A DNA stretch of 64,000 nt from Candidatus Omnitrophota bacterium (lineage in GTDB: Bacteria; Omnitrophota; Gorgyraeia; Zapsychrales; Fredricksoniimonadaceae). Shown piece after piece: positions 40,161-50,156 of this stretch. The stretch spans positions 2,820-66,819 of the forward strand of contig JACQCF010000018.1 of the NCBI GenBank assembly GCA_016201795.1, given 5' to 3'. A program made the translations under genes and the position numbers. The notes under the pieces are model-generated. The model was not told where the DNA came from. It saw only the letters and a list, made by a program, of their open reading frames with translations, and did not search any database. Within the stretch, counting starts at the first letter, position 1. Each line of letters opens with the position of its first letter.

Positions 40161-43100
40161 ATGTCATCATTGTTTCAATTCCCCGAAATCTGTATCACCG
40201 AAGCCTCTGCCGGCAGCGGCAAAACGTATGCGCTGGCTAAACGCTACGTGCAGTTATTGTTGCACACGGCACACGACAATCCCCAGGCGTATAAAAATAT
40301 TCTTGCCATCACCTTCACCAACAAAGCTTCGCTGGAAATGAAGACGAGGATTCTGTTTTTTTTAAAGAAAACAGCACTCCGCAAGCTTTCGCCGCAGGAA
40401 GAAAAAGAGCTTTTGGGGCCACTGGGACTTGTCCCTGAAAAGGCCGCGACGCTGGCCTATGCACTGATGGAGTCGCTGATCCGCCACTACCATTTTTTCT
40501 CCGTCAAGACCATCGATAGTTTCATCAACACCCTTTTAGTCGGCTGCGCTTTTAAAATCAATCTTTCGGCGCGGTTTAAAATTCAACGCAATGCGGCGGA
40601 CTATCTCGAGCAAAGCCTGGATCAATGGATGGTCTTGGGCCATCACGATAAAAAAGTCTATCGGCTTCTGGATGATTTTGTGCATCAGTATTTATTTTTG
40701 GAAAATCGCAGCGGCTGGTTTCCCAAACAAGATTTGTTGGAAGTTCTCAAAGTTCTTTTTAGCGAGTTTAACACCTATCAAAAACCTTTTTTGACATTCC
40801 CCCTGGAAAGCGGCGATTTGTATTTGGCCAAAAAAAGATTTCTAGAGCTTGCCCAAAAAATCCATGCCCTGGCCCAACCCTCGATGAATAAACGTTTTTT
40901 GGAGAAACTGTCACAATTTTTAGACGATCATCCGGTATCTTTTGATTTGGATGATTTAAGCACTTATTTTTCTTACCCTGAGTTTCCGGCCAATAAAGGG
41001 GTCGAGGTCAGTCGGGATCTAGAACTTGTATGGAAAAAAGCACACGCGGCGGCGCGCGATTTATGTTTGGCGGAAAGCTACGGCGTGTTTAATCCTTATG
41101 TGATGATTTTTCAAAACGTGCATCAGGTTTTTGCTGCTTTGTGCGCCCAGGAAGATATTTTGTTTTTGGAAGAGCTCAATAAAAAAGCCGCCATGCTCAT
41201 CGAGGAGGGCATTAGCGTCAGCGAGCTTTATTATCGTCTGGCCGTGCGTTTTCATCATTATTTGATCGATGAGTTTCAAGACACCAGCCTTTCGCAGTGG
41301 CAGAATCTATCCTTAATGGTGCACGAGGCTCTTTCCAGCGGCGGGACACTATTTTTAGTCGGGGACAAGAAACAGGCCATTTATTCGTTTCGCGGCGGGG
41401 AAAGCCGTTTATTCGATGAGTTAACCACGCATTTTCCCAACGCGCCTGTGCGCCGAGATTATTTAACGAAAAATTGGCGCAGCCACCGGGCGATTGTTGA
41501 ATTTAATAACTTGCTTTTTGCGCCGCAAAATTTGAGAGCGTTTTTAGCCAGGCGCGAAGATCATTATTTTGGAGAAGATGTCAAAGTCCTCGAGGACACC
41601 TTCCAACACGCGCATCAGGACATTCGAGAAGATTTGCCGCATGGCTTTGTGCAGGTTTGGCCTATCAAAGGCAAAAGAAAGCAGGACCGTGAGGCGATCA
41701 TCAAAGGCCGTTTACTTGAAACTATTGCCGATGTACGCTGTCGTTTTGCGCTTAAGGATATGGCTATTTTAACCCGCAGCAATGCACAGGTCCAACAGGT
41801 GACTCAATGGCTTTTAAGCGAAGGTATTTACGCACAGTCGGAGCGTACCAGCGACATCAAAAATCATCCTTTGATCGCCGAGCTCATGGATTTCTTGCGT
41901 TTTCTCCATTCGCCGATTGATAATGTCGCCTTTGCCCGATTTTTATTGGGAGACATTTTGTCTAAAGCGTCTAACCTGACTCAAGAAGAGTTGCGAGGCT
42001 TTTTGTTCGAATGCCGGCAAAAAAAAGACACCCGGGGGGAGTTTTACCTGTACAAAGAATTTCGTCAGCGGTACGGTGACATTTGGCAGGAGTATGTGGA
42101 GGACTTTTTTAATCAGGCCGGCATTTATCCGGTCTATGAGCTGGTCGTGAGCATTTATGGCCGTTTTGGTCTGCAGGCATTTCAAGACGCGCAAGGGTTT
42201 TTGATGCATTTTTTGGAACTGATCAAACGCCGCGAGGAGTTTAGCTGTGACGTGGAAAGTTTCATTGACTATTTTGATCATTTACAGACCGACGAGCGTT
42301 TCGTGCCCATCCCCGCGCAGGATGCCGTGCAGGTTTTGACGGTGCATAAAGCCAAGGGGCTGGAATTTGCGGTCGTCATGATTCCTTTTTTGGAAATGAC
42401 GGTGCAGACATCCAAGGGTGCTCAAGGGGCGTTGTCCTATGTGCTGGATGTGGCTGATGATGGTTTGCGCATGCAGCGTCTTAAAAAGACCTATGGCCGC
42501 TTTAGCGAATCTTTACAAAAACGGTATGAAGAGGAATATAAAGATTCTTTTGCGGCGGAACTTAATAATGTGTACGTGGCTTTGACCCGAGCCGTCTGGG
42601 AACTTTATGTGATGATTCCCGAACGAACGGGAAACAGCATCAATCCCGCACAATTTTTAATTCCCGATGGTGTAGTGTCCATGGGAGAGAAAGTATCTGT
42701 CCAAACGCTCTCACGCTCCGTTGAATCTTTGCCGCTTTTAAAGACCAGCTTCAACCGCCAGTGGGTGTCTCAATTAAAAGAAGAATTCCCCGAAGAAGAC
42801 AATTGGCAGGCCAAAGGGCGTCAGCAGGGGGCGCTGATGCATTTTTGTCTGTCACAAATTCTGCGTACGGATAAAAATGTCCATCTTGCTGTTGATAGGG
42901 CCATCGAGGCGGCCAAAGCGGTTTTCGGTTTGATGATGGATGAGGATATGTATCGAGGAGGACTGCTGCGTTTTCTATCTCGCAAGGATGTGGGCAAGTT
43001 TTTTGAGATCAAAGACGATACGGAGGTTTTTTGTGAGCAGGAGATTGTCAATCGATTCGGCGATACCAAACGTATTGACCGGCTGATGATTTTTAAAAAC

Positions 43101-43244
43101 AAGATTTGGATTATTGATTTTAAAACCGGCCGTGCCGAAGGAGAGAAATATCACAAACAAATGAAAGAGTATGAGCAATTAGTGGGACAGCTCTATCCTA
43201 AATACCGCCTTGAGAGTTTTATTGTTTATTTGGACTATGAGTAA
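40161..43244 (+). CDS. addA: AddA/UvrD-like helicase-nuclease
   Basis: ASAGSGKT, DEFQD, VGDKKQAIY, TVHKAKGLEF, YVALTRA and C-terminal RIDRL..IIDFKTG. Confidence 0.85.
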   Translation: MSSLFQFPEICITEASAGSGKTYALAKRYVQLLLHTAHDNPQAYKNILAITFTNKASLEMKTRILFFLKKTALRKLSPQEEKELLGPLGLVPEKAATLAYALMESLIRHYHFFSVKTIDSFINTLLVGCAFKINLSARFKIQRNAADYLEQSLDQWMVLGHHDKKVYRLLDDFVHQYLFLENRSGWFPKQDLLEVLKVLFSEFNTYQKPFLTFPLESGDLYLAKKRFLELAQKIHALAQPSMNKRFLEKLSQFLDDHPVSFDLDDLSTYFSYPEFPANKGVEVSRDLELVWKKAHAAARDLCLAESYGVFNPYVMIFQNVHQVFAALCAQEDILFLEELNKKAAMLIEEGISVSELYYRLAVRFHHYLIDEFQDTSLSQWQNLSLMVHEALSSGGTLFLVGDKKQAIYSFRGGESRLFDELTTHFPNAPVRRDYLTKNWRSHRAIVEFNNLLFAPQNLRAFLARREDHYFGEDVKVLEDTFQHAHQDIREDLPHGFVQVWPIKGKRKQDREAIIKGRLLETIADVRCRFALKDMAILTRSNAQVQQVTQWLLSEGIYAQSERTSDIKNHPLIAELMDFLRFLHSPIDNVAFARFLLGDILSKASNLTQEELRGFLFECRQKKDTRGEFYLYKEFRQRYGDIWQEYVEDFFNQAGIYPVYELVVSIYGRFGLQAFQDAQGFLMHFLELIKRREEFSCDVESFIDYFDHLQTDERFVPIPAQDAVQVLTVHKAKGLEFAVVMIPFLEMTVQTSKGAQGALSYVLDVADDGLRMQRLKKTYGRFSESLQKRYEEEYKDSFAAELNNVYVALTRAVWELYVMIPERTGNSINPAQFLIPDGVVSMGEKVSVQTLSRSVESLPLLKTSFNRQWVSQLKEEFPEEDNWQAKGRQQGALMHFCLSQILRTDKNVHLAVDRAIEAAKAVFGLMMDEDMYRGGLLRFLSRKDVGKFFEIKDDTEVFCEQEIVNRFGDTKRIDRLMIFKNKIWIIDFKTGRAEGEKYHKQMKEYEQLVGQLYPKYRLESFIVYLDYE

Positions 43245-46035
43245 AATTATTACTATTCCCTTTACCGATGATTTTATCGAACGCCTGGCGGATTATATCC
43301 ACCAGGAGCATGCGCTCAAAGGCAAAGATTTGCGTTCTCTGGCCGTCATCTTTGGCGGGCGCAGGCCTTTTTTGTTTCTTAAACGCGCCCTGGCCCATCG
43401 GATGAAAGGTCCGTTTTATCCGCCGCAGTTTTTTTCCATCGATGAATGGATCAACCATATTGTTCAAACGCAAAGGAAGTTTCAGCCGTTATCAGAACTC
43501 GACCATTGCTATTTGATTTATCAATTAGCCAGCCAACACACTCCCTATTTGCTGGAGGGTCGCAAGCGTTTTGCGTCTTTTTTACCTTGGGCCCGTGAAA
43601 TTCTGGCTCTTATTGAGCACTTGGATTTAGAGTCAACCCACGAGGATGTTTTAAAGAATCTCAAAGCCCAGGCGCAAATAGGTTTGGATGTTCCTGCGGA
43701 TATCAGCCGTTTGCTGGAGGGGCTGTTTGTTTTGCGCCGGGCGTATCATCAAAAACTAGAGAAGGAAGGTATCGCCGCGCGCGGCTATCAATATGATCTG
43801 GCTTCTCGTGTGATCCCGTCGGTGGATTTAAGCGGCTGGCAGGAAATATTGTTTTGTAATTTCTTTTATCTGCACCGCAGTGAAATGAAGCTCATCGAAC
43901 ATTGTTTTAAACATACCCCTACCACACTCTTGATGCAAGGGGACGAGCGTCGATGGCCGGCGCTTAAACGCATTTCGGCTTTGTTAGGTCAAAAGATTGT
44001 GGAGGGCAAAGAAGTCATGGAAGGCCGCTTTAATCTAAAGCTTTACGCAGCTTTTGATACTCATTCGCAGGCGGTCATGGTTGCTAATGTTCTTAAAAAT
44101 ATTCCTGATCTTAATAAAACGGTCATTGTGTTGCCGCAGGCAGATTTTATCCTGCCGCTTTTATCCGCCATATCATCGCAGGGACAAGAGTTTAATATTT
44201 CCATGGGCTATCCTTTGCGCCGAAGTGCTTTGTATGCCTTGCTCGAGAGGATTTTTGCTGCGCAAAAATCCCGTCAGGAGCATTTATACTACACTCGTGA
44301 TTATCTGCGTGTTTTGCGTCATCCGCTGGTTAAGAATTTGACGACTCCTCAGCCACCACTGGTGAGAGTCTTAATTCATAAAATGGAAGAGATTTTAACC
44401 GGCCAGATTCCGTCGCTATTCTCCGGCCAGATTTTTTTGGATATCGATGCTTTTTCCAAAGAGGATAGGATTCTTAAGGAAGCTCGCGCATCCCTTACGG
44501 CCATGAATATTTCTACAACACCAAAGGAGCTTAAAAAGACAGTAGAATTTTTGCATGATATTTTGTTTGGCCGATGGCAAAAGGCCAAAACTTTTAAAGA
44601 TCTAGCCGCTGTTTTAGGGGATTTTACGGCTTTGATGCGGGCTCAAAGCCCCCTGGCGCAATATCCTTTTAATGAACGTATCGCCGTTTTTCTGGAGGCG
44701 TTAAGTCAACAGTTAAGTGCCAGTCAGTTTTCCGGGCAAAGTTTTTTGCCGTCGGAAATGTTTCGTATCTTAGAAGACACTTTAAGCCGCCAAATGGTGG
44801 CTTTTGCGGGCTCGCCTTTGAGGGGTTTACAAATTTTAGGTCTTTTTGAAACGCGCGCTTTAAGTTTTGAACATGTGATTGTGGTGGACGTTAACGAAAG
44901 CATTTTGCCCAATTTAAATATTTATGAGCCTCTGGTCCCTCGGGATATCATGATCAAATTGAATCTGGATCGTCTGGAATTGGAGGAAGAGATCCAGCGC
45001 TACGGGTTTATGCGGTTGATTTCCTCGGCGAAAAACGTGCATTTGATTTATCAGCAAAGGCCGGAGAGGGAGCGCAGCCGTTTGATTGAGGAACTCATCT
45101 GGCAACAAGAAAAAAAGAATCAGAAACTGGAGGCTTTACCCATTGAGCGCGGCCGTTTTCAAGCCCGGTTGTCTCAAACCCAAAGAGTTATTCTAAAGAC
45201 GCCGGCGATGATTGAATTTTTAAAGAACATGACCTATTCAGCCTCCAGCCTTAATACTTATTTGCGCAACCCTTATGAATTTTATGAAAATTATGTGCTG
45301 GGCCTTAAAGAGCAAGACAATCTTTTGGACGAACCGCAGGCCAAACATATGGGAACCTTCGTGCACAGCCTTTTAGAGCATACCTTCAAAACATTTCTTA
45401 ACAAAAAGCCTGTGATCAACGATGAATTTAAACGGTATTTTTTTAAGGTTTTGGAGAGCCGTTTTGAAGAAACCTTTGGCCGTCATCAAAGAACGGACGC
45501 ATTTCTCATGAAGACTGTTTTAGAGACCAGATTCGAGCGTTTTCTTGAGGTTGAGGCCAAACGCTGTGCTCGAGATGTCGAGACTATTTTAGTCCTTGAG
45601 CGTAAATTTGAGGACACCATTGAACTCAACGCAAAACATATTAAGCTGACCTATCGCATGGACAGGGTGGAGCGTCTGTGTGACGGGGGCATCTTGGTGT
45701 TGGATTATAAAACCGGGGGCAGCGAACTTATCCCTAAAGATTTTGATGAGCTCATCGAGGGTACATTAACCAGGGAAGTGATACGGGATCAATTAATATC
45801 GTTTCAAATGCCCCTATACCTTTATTATTTACGTCAATCTTATCCCAAGACCGCGGTCAATGCTGCGTTGTATCATTTAAGGACTAATACAATCGAGAAG
45901 TTTGTTAAAGACGGACACAGAGAGGACTATCAAAAGGGCATCACGGTTGGCTTAAGAGCATTAAATTTTATCATCAATGAAATTCTTGATTCTAAAGTGC
46001 CTTTGGTGGATGATCCTGCTCACCGTGAATTGTAA
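43237..46035 (+). CDS. addB: AddB-like protein with PD-(D/E)XK nuclease
   Basis: Inactive helicase-like body, GLFETRAL, C-terminal RMDRVE..VLDYKTG and QMPLY; overlaps addA. Confidence 0.75.
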   Translation: MSKIITIPFTDDFIERLADYIHQEHALKGKDLRSLAVIFGGRRPFLFLKRALAHRMKGPFYPPQFFSIDEWINHIVQTQRKFQPLSELDHCYLIYQLASQHTPYLLEGRKRFASFLPWAREILALIEHLDLESTHEDVLKNLKAQAQIGLDVPADISRLLEGLFVLRRAYHQKLEKEGIAARGYQYDLASRVIPSVDLSGWQEILFCNFFYLHRSEMKLIEHCFKHTPTTLLMQGDERRWPALKRISALLGQKIVEGKEVMEGRFNLKLYAAFDTHSQAVMVANVLKNIPDLNKTVIVLPQADFILPLLSAISSQGQEFNISMGYPLRRSALYALLERIFAAQKSRQEHLYYTRDYLRVLRHPLVKNLTTPQPPLVRVLIHKMEEILTGQIPSLFSGQIFLDIDAFSKEDRILKEARASLTAMNISTTPKELKKTVEFLHDILFGRWQKAKTFKDLAAVLGDFTALMRAQSPLAQYPFNERIAVFLEALSQQLSASQFSGQSFLPSEMFRILEDTLSRQMVAFAGSPLRGLQILGLFETRALSFEHVIVVDVNESILPNLNIYEPLVPRDIMIKLNLDRLELEEEIQRYGFMRLISSAKNVHLIYQQRPERERSRLIEELIWQQEKKNQKLEALPIERGRFQARLSQTQRVILKTPAMIEFLKNMTYSASSLNTYLRNPYEFYENYVLGLKEQDNLLDEPQAKHMGTFVHSLLEHTFKTFLNKKPVINDEFKRYFFKVLESRFEETFGRHQRTDAFLMKTVLETRFERFLEVEAKRCARDVETILVLERKFEDTIELNAKHIKLTYRMDRVERLCDGGILVLDYKTGGSELIPKDFDELIEGTLTREVIRDQLISFQMPLYLYYLRQSYPKTAVNAALYHLRTNTIEKFVKDGHREDYQKGITVGLRALNFIINEILDSKVPLVDDPAHREL

Positions 46036-46077
46036 AAATCCAGTTGCAGGGCAGGTTTCTTGGAGTAAAATACACCC

Positions 46078-46440
46078 ATGTCTAAATGTGTATTAATTGT
46101 GGATGACGAACCGATTGTGGTGGAAATCGCCAAACGTAAGCTGGAGGATCTCCACTACCAGGTCATGACGGCTCAAGATGGAGAAGAGGCGCTGGAAGCG
46201 CTTAAGAAAAAAATTCCCGATTTAATTCTACTGGATATTCAAATGCCCAAGATGAACGGTTATACGTTTCTTATGGAAAAAGCGAAAGTGCCCGAATATG
46301 ACTCTATACCGGTGGTGGTTTTAACCGCCTACGGGGAAATGGAGCCGCTTTTTAAACGCCACGGAGTTAAAGCCTACCTGTTAAAACCCCTCAAACTCCA
46401 GGAATTGTTAGAAAAAGTGCAGTCTGTTCTTGGGGTATAA
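46078..46440 (+). CDS. Single-domain response regulator
   Basis: LIVDDE, LLDIQMPKMNG, LTA and KP. Confidence 0.93.
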   Translation: MSKCVLIVDDEPIVVEIAKRKLEDLHYQVMTAQDGEEALEALKKKIPDLILLDIQMPKMNGYTFLMEKAKVPEYDSIPVVVLTAYGEMEPLFKRHGVKAYLLKPLKLQELLEKVQSVLGV

Positions 46441-46483
46441 AATTTTTGACGCTCCCGACCTTTTATGTTACTTTAGTGGCCTT

Positions 46484-47185
46484 ATGGTCAAAGATAATGT
46501 GTTAAAGGTTCGAAGTCAAATTGAGGAGATTTGCCATCGTCTGGGACGTAAGTCGAAGGAAGTGACTTTGGTGGCGGTGACTAAATTTGCGCCACCAGAG
46601 GCCATTCAAGAAGCCATTGATGCGGGTATTTCTCATATCGCCGAAAATAGAGTGCAGGAAGCCCAAAAGAAATTTCCGCCGCTGTTGGCTAAAAATCCGC
46701 AAGTGCGTTCGCATCTCATAGGCCATTTGCAGACTAATAAGGTCAAGGACACGATCGAAGTCTGTTCGTTCATTCAGTCGGTGGACGGTTTAAAATTAGC
46801 CCATGAGATTGAAAAACAGGCGGCCAAACTAGGTAAGACGGTGGAGATTTTAGTGCAGTTTAATGCTGCCCGTGAAGCGCAGAAATTCGGCGCAGCGCCG
46901 CAAGAAGCGTTAGGTTTAATGGAGAGCATCAGCCAGTTAGCCCATATTCAGATTAAAGGATTGATGTGTATGGCCCCTTATACCGACAACGAAGGAGTGA
47001 TCCGTAAAGCTTTTGCGGATTTGCGTGCTATCCGTGATCAGGTAAGGTCTCGTTTTATGGGGCACACCAAAGTTGAGATGGGGATTTTATCCATGGGCAT
47101 GAGCGGTGATTATAAAATTGCCATCGAGGAAGGCTCCACGATGGTGCGGGTGGGCTCAGCAATTTTTAAATCAGGAGAAATATGA
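46484..47185 (+). CDS. yggS: PLP homeostasis protein YggS
   Basis: VAVTK, ENRVQE, HLIGHLQTNK, SMGMSGD and VRVGSAIF. Confidence 0.95.
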   Translation: MVKDNVLKVRSQIEEICHRLGRKSKEVTLVAVTKFAPPEAIQEAIDAGISHIAENRVQEAQKKFPPLLAKNPQVRSHLIGHLQTNKVKDTIEVCSFIQSVDGLKLAHEIEKQAAKLGKTVEILVQFNAAREAQKFGAAPQEALGLMESISQLAHIQIKGLMCMAPYTDNEGVIRKAFADLRAIRDQVRSRFMGHTKVEMGILSMGMSGDYKIAIEEGSTMVRVGSAIFKSGEI

Positions 47186-47988
47186 AAAATATCGGAATTA
47201 TCGGCGGCGGCAACATGGGGGAAGCTCTCATCAAGGGCCTACATAAGTCTCATAATGTGCATGTATGTGAAGTTAATCCTGAGCGTGTCAATTTTCTTAA
47301 AAATAGATATAAGGCTTTTTATGAACAGGATATAAGTTCTCTTGTTGCTAAAGTAAATATAATAATTTTGGCTGTAAAACCACAGGAAATGGAATCAGTT
47401 TTAGGTCAACTAAAATCTTCAAAGGATAAACTTTTTATCTCAATAGCTGCTGGCTTAACGACCAAATATTTTGAAGATCGATTGGGTGAACAGGCAAGGG
47501 TGATACGCGCTATGCCGAATTTACCAGCTTTGAATCTTGAAGGAATTACAGGATTTTGTGCAGGACGTTTTGTGAATGAGGGGGATAAAGGTAATACAAC
47601 ATTGATTTTAGAAGCATTAGGTAAGGGTTTTGGTTCGGTGATTCCATTTGAAGAGTCTCAAATGGATGCAGTTACTGCTGTCTCTGGCAGTGGTCCTGCC
47701 TACGTGTTTTTCTTCGTCGAAGAATGGATAAAAGCTGCCATGACTTTAGGATTAAGTGAAAAGGATGCAAGAGTTTTAGTATGTGAGACTCTCATAGGAA
47801 GCGCTGGGTTATTAAAACAATTAAGATCTTCTGAATTTGAAGAGTTGACAACTTTACGTGCGAAGGTGATTTCCAAAGGCGGCACCACCCAGGCGGCGAT
47901 GGAGGTGTTTTTGGGCCGCAAATTTGACCAAATGATGAAGGACGCGCTATTAGCAGCCAAGAAGCGCGCCAAGGAATTAGCTAAATAA
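47182..47988 (+). CDS. proC: Pyrroline-5-carboxylate reductase
   Basis: GGGNMG, AVKPQ, SIAAG, RAMPN, SGSGPAY and SKGGTT. Confidence 0.95.
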   Translation: MKNIGIIGGGNMGEALIKGLHKSHNVHVCEVNPERVNFLKNRYKAFYEQDISSLVAKVNIIILAVKPQEMESVLGQLKSSKDKLFISIAAGLTTKYFEDRLGEQARVIRAMPNLPALNLEGITGFCAGRFVNEGDKGNTTLILEALGKGFGSVIPFEESQMDAVTAVSGSGPAYVFFFVEEWIKAAMTLGLSEKDARVLVCETLIGSAGLLKQLRSSEFEELTTLRAKVISKGGTTQAAMEVFLGRKFDQMMKDALLAAKKRAKELAK

Positions 47989-48122
47989 GAAAAGATCTAC
48001 GTTTGAAAGGAATCGGGCGCTGTCCCTAATTATTAGGTTTTAAAGGTTTTAAGGAAATTAAGATAGCGAATTTGGCCTGGGTAATTCCTGGCATGGAAAT
48101 TGGCAAAATAAGGAGTGATTAT

Positions 48123-48323
48123 ATGAGTACCACCATAGATGGCAAAGAGGTTAAAGAAAGATTATTGGAAAAGTTGAACAGTGTTATTGAAGAAAATAAT
48201 TCATTAACATCTAAACAAAATGCTTTGCTAGTTACTTATACTAGGTGGCTTTTTTGGTTAACAATTGTTATGACTTTGACGGCTATATTTCAGCTTGTTT
48301 TGGCAATAAAGGGACATGCTTAA
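48123..48323 (+). CDS. Small low-GC membrane hypothetical protein
   Basis: AAGGAG SD before ATG 48123; C-terminal TM. Confidence 0.6.
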   Translation: MSTTIDGKEVKERLLEKLNSVIEENNSLTSKQNALLVTYTRWLFWLTIVMTLTAIFQLVLAIKGHA

Positions 48324-48356
48324 TTTGGAAATAAATATCGCATCCCCCATAAATAA

Positions 48357-48647
48357 ATGATAAAAACTATTGCATATATGTTAGCAATAATTCTATTAGG
48401 TATTTCCTTATGGATGGCCCCAATTCATTTAAAAACCCTACCTCGTTATTTACGACTCAAACCTACTAATTTTTATGTTTTACGAGGGCTTTCTTTTTCA
48501 GTGTTAACGATTCTGTCCATCTTTATAAGTATCCGTACTGTGATTGAACCGAATTTGCTATGGCTTTCTATTACTTTGACTTCCATTCTTATCACTATAT
48601 GGAGCTGGGTTTATATGATTCGAGATGTTTCTGAGGATTTTAATTAA
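48357..48647 (+). CDS. Small low-GC membrane hypothetical protein (~3 TM)
   Basis: 96-aa hydrophobic ORF in AT-rich island. Confidence 0.55.
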   Translation: MIKTIAYMLAIILLGISLWMAPIHLKTLPRYLRLKPTNFYVLRGLSFSVLTILSIFISIRTVIEPNLLWLSITLTSILITIWSWVYMIRDVSEDFN

Positions 48648-48692
48648 GTGGGCAGTGTCCTCAGATATAAAAGGTTTTAAGAAAATAAATTT

Positions 48693-49148
48693 ATGATTAC
48701 TAAAATAGAAAATTATTATTTGAATCAAACCATTGGAGAGGTTCCGGACTTGAAAGAATACACCGAAGAAGAATATCAGATGTTTGAAATGGCTGGATAC
48801 AAAAGAATGTTAGAGAATGAAAAAATCTTTAAAGGCAAAAATGTTAAATTTGCTAAGATTACATGGGACGAAACAACTATTGGTTCTACAAATAACAAAA
48901 TTTACAAAATTCATTTACAATTCATTACTCAAAATGAAAACTTAGCAAAAAGCGTTTTTAAAACCACTCTCAATTACTTAGTAGAACAAATGGGCAAATA
49001 TAGCGAACATCCATTTTTATCTAAAAGATATATTTGGGATGCACCTGAAGGGAATTTTATTTATGAGCAGTTAAGTAAATTTGGAAATCGCTGCATAAAT
49101 ATTTTTATCACTTCAAGTTCTATAAATGAACAAAGACGAGTGGAATAA
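48693..49148 (+). CDS. Low-GC hypothetical protein
   Basis: 151-aa open frame in very AT-rich DNA. Confidence 0.65.
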   Translation: MITKIENYYLNQTIGEVPDLKEYTEEEYQMFEMAGYKRMLENEKIFKGKNVKFAKITWDETTIGSTNNKIYKIHLQFITQNENLAKSVFKTTLNYLVEQMGKYSEHPFLSKRYIWDAPEGNFIYEQLSKFGNRCINIFITSSSINEQRRVE

Positions 49149-49171
49149 TTGTTAGATTTTTAAAGGATATT

Positions 49172-49203
49172 TGGATTCCCGATAGAAATATTTGGGAATG
49201 ACA
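49172..49203. repeat. Half of a GTCATTCCC-type palindromic element
   Basis: TGGATTCCCGATAGAAATATTTGGGAATGACA hairpin; AATGACA end shared with family A. Confidence 0.5.
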
Positions 49204-49215
49204 GAAAGAAAAACT

Positions 49216-50076
49216 ATGGCAACGGTTGGTATTATTGGCGGCAGCGGGTTGTATGAGATTGAGGGGATAGGGAACGTCAAGGAAGTTGCGGTTAAGACCC
49301 CTTTCGGCGCGCCGTCGGATAAGTTCATCACCGGCAAGCTTGAAAATACGCCCGTTGTATTCTTGCCGCGTCATGGCCGCGGCCATCGTATCAGCCCGTC
49401 GGAAATCAATTACCGCGCCAATATTTATGGCATGAAGAAATTAGGGGTACAGGCGATTATTTCCGTTTCCGCCTGCGGTTCTCTTAAAGAAGAATATCAA
49501 CCGATGGATTTTGTGATCCCAGATCAGTTTTTGGACCGCACGCGCAAAGGCCGCATCGACACCTTTTTTACCGACGGGATTGTGGCGCACGTGGCATTTG
49601 CCGATCCTATAGCCAAGGAAATCGCGGACATCATTGAACAAGCGGCCAAGAAATTAAATATCAAAGCCCACCGCGGCGGCACCTATGTCAATATGGAAGG
49701 CCCGCAGTTCTCGACGAAGGCGGAGTCCAATTTATATCGCAGCTGGGGCATGGACATTATTGGCATGACGAATTTGACTGAAGCAAAGCTAGCCCGTGAG
49801 GCAGAGATTTCTTATGCGACCCTGGCAGCGGTCACCGACTACGATTGCTGGCATTCGACTCATGGTTCCGTGACAGCGGAAATGGTCATCAATTGTTTAA
49901 ATAAAAATGTCGACAATGCCAAAAAGATTTTGAAAACAGCTATTCCTCAAGTGGGGAAATTAAAGAAATTTTCAGCCTCGCAAGCTTTAAAATTTGCTAT
50001 CATGACCAGCCGTGACAAAATTTCCGCGAAAAAGAAGAAGGAATTGGATATTATTATTGGCAAGTATATTAAATAG
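49216..50076 (+). CDS. mtnP: S-methyl-5'-thioadenosine phosphorylase
   Basis: GIIGGSG, PRHG, EGPQFSTKAES, GMT and TDYD. Confidence 0.93.
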   Translation: MATVGIIGGSGLYEIEGIGNVKEVAVKTPFGAPSDKFITGKLENTPVVFLPRHGRGHRISPSEINYRANIYGMKKLGVQAIISVSACGSLKEEYQPMDFVIPDQFLDRTRKGRIDTFFTDGIVAHVAFADPIAKEIADIIEQAAKKLNIKAHRGGTYVNMEGPQFSTKAESNLYRSWGMDIIGMTNLTEAKLAREAEISYATLAAVTDYDCWHSTHGSVTAEMVINCLNKNVDNAKKILKTAIPQVGKLKKFSASQALKFAIMTSRDKISAKKKKELDIIIGKYIK

Positions 50077-50148
50077 TGTCATTGCGAGCGTAGCGAAGCA
50101 ATCTTTTTTAAAAAGATTACTTCGTCGCTACGCTCCTCGTAATGACAC
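50076..50148. repeat. Palindromic element family A, copy 3
   Basis: GTGTCATTGCGAGCGTAGCGAAGCAATC...GATTACTTCGTCGCTACGCTCCTCGTAATGACAC. Confidence 0.9.
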
Positions 50149-50156
50149 CTAATTTT

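Noticed and set aside
47231-47868. DGR variable region as the cause of the proC mosaic
   Set aside because: No template repeat or reverse transcriptase is in the window, and adenine mutagenesis would not raise AT content.
47989-49170. Classical integron cassette array
   Set aside because: No intI gene and no convincing RYYYAAC...GTTRRRY attC palindromes between the ORFs.
50077-50156. T-box leader before ileS
   Set aside because: The gap is filled by a family A palindrome and has no T-box motif.
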